Assembly (NCBI GenBank): GCA_913048435.1
Contig: CAJWWC010000001.1
Location: forward strand, 118,777-182,776
DNA from: an uncultured Flavobacteriales bacterium
GTDB lineage: Bacteria; Bacteroidota; Bacteroidia; Flavobacteriales; UBA7312
Reading direction: 5' to 3'
Length of the DNA: 64,000 nucleotides
The notes beneath the pieces are model-generated. The model searched no databases. It was not told where the DNA came from and worked only from the letters and a program-made list of their open reading frames with translations. Position numbers and translations under genes: made by a program. Shown here one piece after another: positions 60,720 to 64,000 of the stretch (position 1 is the stretch's first letter; each line of letters starts with the position of its first letter).

Positions 60720-62708
60720 ATGAAAAAATATCTTATTTCCTTAATATTAGTAGTTCCATCAATTCTTTTCTCTCAAATCTTTAACCCAGTTGAATGGAAA
60801 TTTTCTCTTGAGGATTTAGGAAGTAGTGAGTACAAAATTATTTTCAAAGCAAGTATTGATGATGGGTGGTATTTGTATTCTCAATTTGTTGAAGATGACG
60901 GACCTTTACCGACTACTTTCACTTTCTTCGAATCAGACGGCTATGAGCTTATTGGCACGACACAAGAGGGTGAGCCCAAACAAGAATACGACCCTAATTT
61001 TGATATGGTTTTATCTTATTTTATTAAAGAAGCTACATTCAGTCAAAAAGTTAAAGCAATTAGTCCTGATACCCAAGTCGATGGGGAGTTAATGTTTATG
61101 GTTTGTGATGCTACTCAATGTTTACCACCAGAATATGTTGATTTCTCTTTCATCTTAGGCTCAGCGTCTGATCAAGTCGAAACTAAGGATGTTGATGACG
61201 AAGAAAGTGTCTCATATCTTAATTTAGTATCAACTGATACTGAAGAATCTGAAAATGAAAATTCTAATAGAAAAGGCATGTGGAGCATATTTTTGATTGC
61301 TTTTTTAAGTGGCTTTGCGGCTCTGTTAACTCCATGTGTATTCCCTATGATACCAATGACAGTGAGCTATTTTACTAAGCAAAGTAAAAGTAGAGCAAAA
61401 GGTATTTCTAATGCCATTATTTATGGTATATCTATCATTATTATTTACGTTGGACTAGGGGTAGGCGTATCTGCGGCATTTGGTCCTGAAGTGCTTAATA
61501 GTATGGCTACTAACGCCTATTTTAATATTGCATTTTTTTTACTTCTTGTAGTTTTTGCGGCATCATTCTTAGGAGCTTTCGATTTAACATTACCACATTC
61601 CTGGATAAATAAAGCTGACAAAGCCTCTGATAGAGGTGGTTTTATTGGCATATTTTTTATGGCATTGGTTTTAGCCTTAGTATCATTTTCATGTACAGGA
61701 CCTATTGTTGGAACTTTATTGGTAGAGGCTGCATCAGGTGGTAGTTATTTGGGACCAATTATTGGTATGCTAGGCTTTTCATTAGCTATTGCTTTACCAT
61801 TTGCACTTTTTGCAGCATTCCCTGGTTGGTTAAACACATTACCTCAATCAGGTGGTTGGCTAAACTCGGTAAAAGTTGTTTTAGGATTTTTAGAGTTAGC
61901 ACTTGCATTTAAATTCTTATCTAATGCAGACTTAGTATGGCAAACACACCTTTTGGAAAGAGAAGTGTTTATTGCTATATGGATTATCATATTTGGCTTC
62001 TTAACAATGTATTTGTTAGGAATATTCAAGTTGGCGCACGATAGTGATTTAAAATATGTTTCGGTAGGTCGATTATTCACTGCTGTAATGACGGGAATGT
62101 TTACAGTTTATATGATACCAGGTTTGTGGGGTGCTCCATTAAAAATTATAAATGCTTTCCCTCCTCCAATGCACTACAGTGAATCGCCATATGGTGTAGG
62201 TTATACTCAAGGCGGAGGAATTACTACTTCTCATTCTGAAGAGGAAGGTCAACATTTAGGTCCTCAAGGAATTATGGTTTTTCACGACTACGATAAAGGA
62301 ATAGCCCATGCTAAAAAAGTAGGATTACCAATAATGATAGACTTTACAGGTTGGGCATGTGTAAATTGCCGTAAGATGGAAGAGCAAGTGTGGTCAGATT
62401 CAGAGGTTAAAAGAATACTTACTGAAGATGTTGTTCTTATTTCTTTGTATGTAGATGAAAGAACACCTTTGACTAAAGACGAACAATACGAGACGACTAT
62501 AGCTGGTAAAAAGAAAAAGGTTAGAACAGTAGGCGATAAATGGACAGTTCTACAAGCCGAAAACTACAAAACCAACTCTCAACCATATTATGTTATACTG
62601 GATAATGATGAAAATCAACTTGGGGTTTCTGCTAACTATCAAGATTATGGTGAGGTAGATTTATTCAAAACTTGGTTGAAAGAAGGCATAAACGAATTTT
62701 ATCAGTAA
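60720..62708 (+). CDS. dsbD: Thiol:disulfide interchange protein DsbD family
   Basis: N-domain CDATQC; TM domain TPCVFPMIP and SCTGP; thioredoxin WACVNC. Confidence 0.92.
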   Translation: MKKYLISLILVVPSILFSQIFNPVEWKFSLEDLGSSEYKIIFKASIDDGWYLYSQFVEDDGPLPTTFTFFESDGYELIGTTQEGEPKQEYDPNFDMVLSYFIKEATFSQKVKAISPDTQVDGELMFMVCDATQCLPPEYVDFSFILGSASDQVETKDVDDEESVSYLNLVSTDTEESENENSNRKGMWSIFLIAFLSGFAALLTPCVFPMIPMTVSYFTKQSKSRAKGISNAIIYGISIIIIYVGLGVGVSAAFGPEVLNSMATNAYFNIAFFLLLVVFAASFLGAFDLTLPHSWINKADKASDRGGFIGIFFMALVLALVSFSCTGPIVGTLLVEAASGGSYLGPIIGMLGFSLAIALPFALFAAFPGWLNTLPQSGGWLNSVKVVLGFLELALAFKFLSNADLVWQTHLLEREVFIAIWIIIFGFLTMYLLGIFKLAHDSDLKYVSVGRLFTAVMTGMFTVYMIPGLWGAPLKIINAFPPPMHYSESPYGVGYTQGGGITTSHSEEEGQHLGPQGIMVFHDYDKGIAHAKKVGLPIMIDFTGWACVNCRKMEEQVWSDSEVKRILTEDVVLISLYVDERTPLTKDEQYETTIAGKKKKVRTVGDKWTVLQAENYKTNSQPYYVILDNDENQLGVSANYQDYGEVDLFKTWLKEGINEFYQ

Positions 62709-62720
62709 AAGAATACTTTC

Positions 62721-63287
62721 TTGGATTTTTATTTTGCAATAGAGGTTATTTCTGTCTTTTTTGGCTTATTGTTTTTAGTGTTACTCATTAGGCAAAATAT
62801 TTTATGTTGGTGGTTTGGAATTGCAGGCTCTTTATTAAGCATTTTTTTATTCTACCACAATAGATTATATTCAGAAGCGATACTCTATACGTATTACGTT
62901 TTTATGGGATTTTATGGCTATAATTACTGGAGCAATAATAAATCTAAAAACAATTTATCTTTAAAGGTTAGTGAAAAGGGATTAGCTTTTCATTTGATGG
63001 CAATAGTGGGTTCTGCTCTAACTGCTATTAGTTTAGGTTGGTATTTTGAAAATTATTCAGACGCCAACTCTCCATACTTGGATGCACTAACTACTATATT
63101 CAGTTTCTTTGCTACTTACCTTGAGGCTAAAAAAATTCTTTCAGCTTGGATTTATTGGATAATAATTAATGGATTAACTATTGGGTTGTACTTAACAAAA
63201 GGGTTAGACATTTATTCTATTCTATCTTTTATATATTGCGTGATGTCGTTTATCGGATATATCAAGTGGAAAAAAGAGCTTGTCTAA
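62721..63287 (+). CDS. pnuC: PnuC-family vitamin/nicotinamide riboside transporter
   Basis: GY..W, PYLDA.TT.FS, W..W...N motif; TTG start. Confidence 0.85.
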   Translation: MDFYFAIEVISVFFGLLFLVLLIRQNILCWWFGIAGSLLSIFLFYHNRLYSEAILYTYYVFMGFYGYNYWSNNKSKNNLSLKVSEKGLAFHLMAIVGSALTAISLGWYFENYSDANSPYLDALTTIFSFFATYLEAKKILSAWIYWIIINGLTIGLYLTKGLDIYSILSFIYCVMSFIGYIKWKKELV

Positions 63288-63288
63288 T

Positions 63289-64000
63289 TTATTTTCCGTG
63301 ACATTGTTTGAATTTCTTTCCGCTTCCACATGGGCATGGTTCATTTCTACCCACTTTTTGTTCTACTCTTACCGGTTGTAGGCGGGTTTGTTTTTTTGGT
63401 TCAGTGTTTGCATTGCCACCAATATCTTGACGGCCAGTTTGTAGTTTTTCTCTAGCAATTTTTTGCTCTTGTTGGACAGAAGTTTGTTCAGGAAGATTAG
63501 CTTTCATTAAAAAGGAGACGATATCTTTATTCACTTTTTCTATCATCTGTTTAAATAAGTTGAACGACTCAAACTTATAGATTAAAAGTGGGTCTTTTTG
63601 CTCATAAGTAGCATTTTGAACGGATTGTTTTAAGTCATCAAGCTCTCTAAGGTTCTCTTTCCAAGATTCATCAATTATAGCTAAACTTACGCCTTTTTCT
63701 ATAGATAAAGGTATGTTTCCTCCTTCAGATTCAAAGGCTTCTTTCAAATTGGTAACCACCTGTAAGGTTTTTAAACCATCGGTAAATGGAATTACAATGT
63801 TTTGATAGGTCGCCGATTGGTTTTCATATACGTCCTTAATGACAGGGTACGTCTTTTGCGCAATAACATCCGACTTTATTTTATAATTTATTATGGCATT
63901 TTGGTAAAGCATATTGGTTAAGTCCTCAGATTTTAGTGATTTGAATTCGGCTTCATCAACTGGGCAATCAATGCTCAAAAAACGAATAAGTTCAAGTTTG
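63289..64000 (-). CDS. secA: Preprotein translocase SecA (C-terminal part; 5' outside window)
   Basis: ID..WKE.LRE.DDL..SV..A.YEQKDPL..YK.E; SEC-C motif GRNEPCPCGSGKKFKQCHG. Confidence 0.96.
   Translation of the reverse strand, partial: KLELIRFLSIDCPVDEAEFKSLKSEDLTNMLYQNAIINYKIKSDVIAQKTYPVIKDVYENQSATYQNIVIPFTDGLKTLQVVTNLKEAFESEGGNIPLSIEKGVSLAIIDESWKENLRELDDLKQSVQNATYEQKDPLLIYKFESFNLFKQMIEKVNKDIVSFLMKANLPEQTSVQQEQKIAREKLQTGRQDIGGNANTEPKKQTRLQPVRVEQKVGRNEPCPCGSGKKFKQCHGK

Noticed and set aside
5054-62080. Many short antisense or alternate-frame ORFs in the supplied track (e.g. 12897-13355, 18683-18997, 27129-27497, 35601-36056, 50210-50548, 51853-52197)
   Set aside because: They lie inside well-supported genes, have no recognisable motifs and look like shadow ORFs.

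Overview
AT-rich, extremely compact stretch of core chromosome from a Bacteroidota (Flavobacteriales-like) bacterium. The assignment rests on gldB/C/D/E, T9SS C-terminal sorting domains, TAnnTTTG promoter elements and the Bacteroidota-type dcw layout. In order it holds: korAB; nadE; gldBC; engB; an alpha/beta hydrolase; the dcw cluster mraZ-ftsZ plus yqeY; gldDE-ssb-mutY; HU-bS22-RNase E/G; an MFS; recX-prfB-arsC; fumC; manC-sprT-like-putative Mn transporter; mlaEF; two tandem T9SS cargo paralogs; gcvP; a UbiA-like-kynU-kmo-MFS run; an MBL hydrolase; half-TSUP plus M20 amidohydrolase; recQ; tatC-lptB; purS-pssA-like; lnt; pabB-tilS-hypothetical-dsbD-pnuC; and the 3' end of secA. I saw no rRNA, tRNA, CRISPR array, mobile element or defence island. 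The most noteworthy observations are: three small ORFs absent from the ORF track (bS22-like, a 48-aa membrane protein, a 41-aa CxCP lipoprotein); prfB without its programmed frameshift; many promoters placed for leaderless mRNAs; modular tandem T9SS paralogs; and a speculative prenyltransferase-kynurenine-exporter cluster. All calls come from reading motifs by eye; no searches were run.
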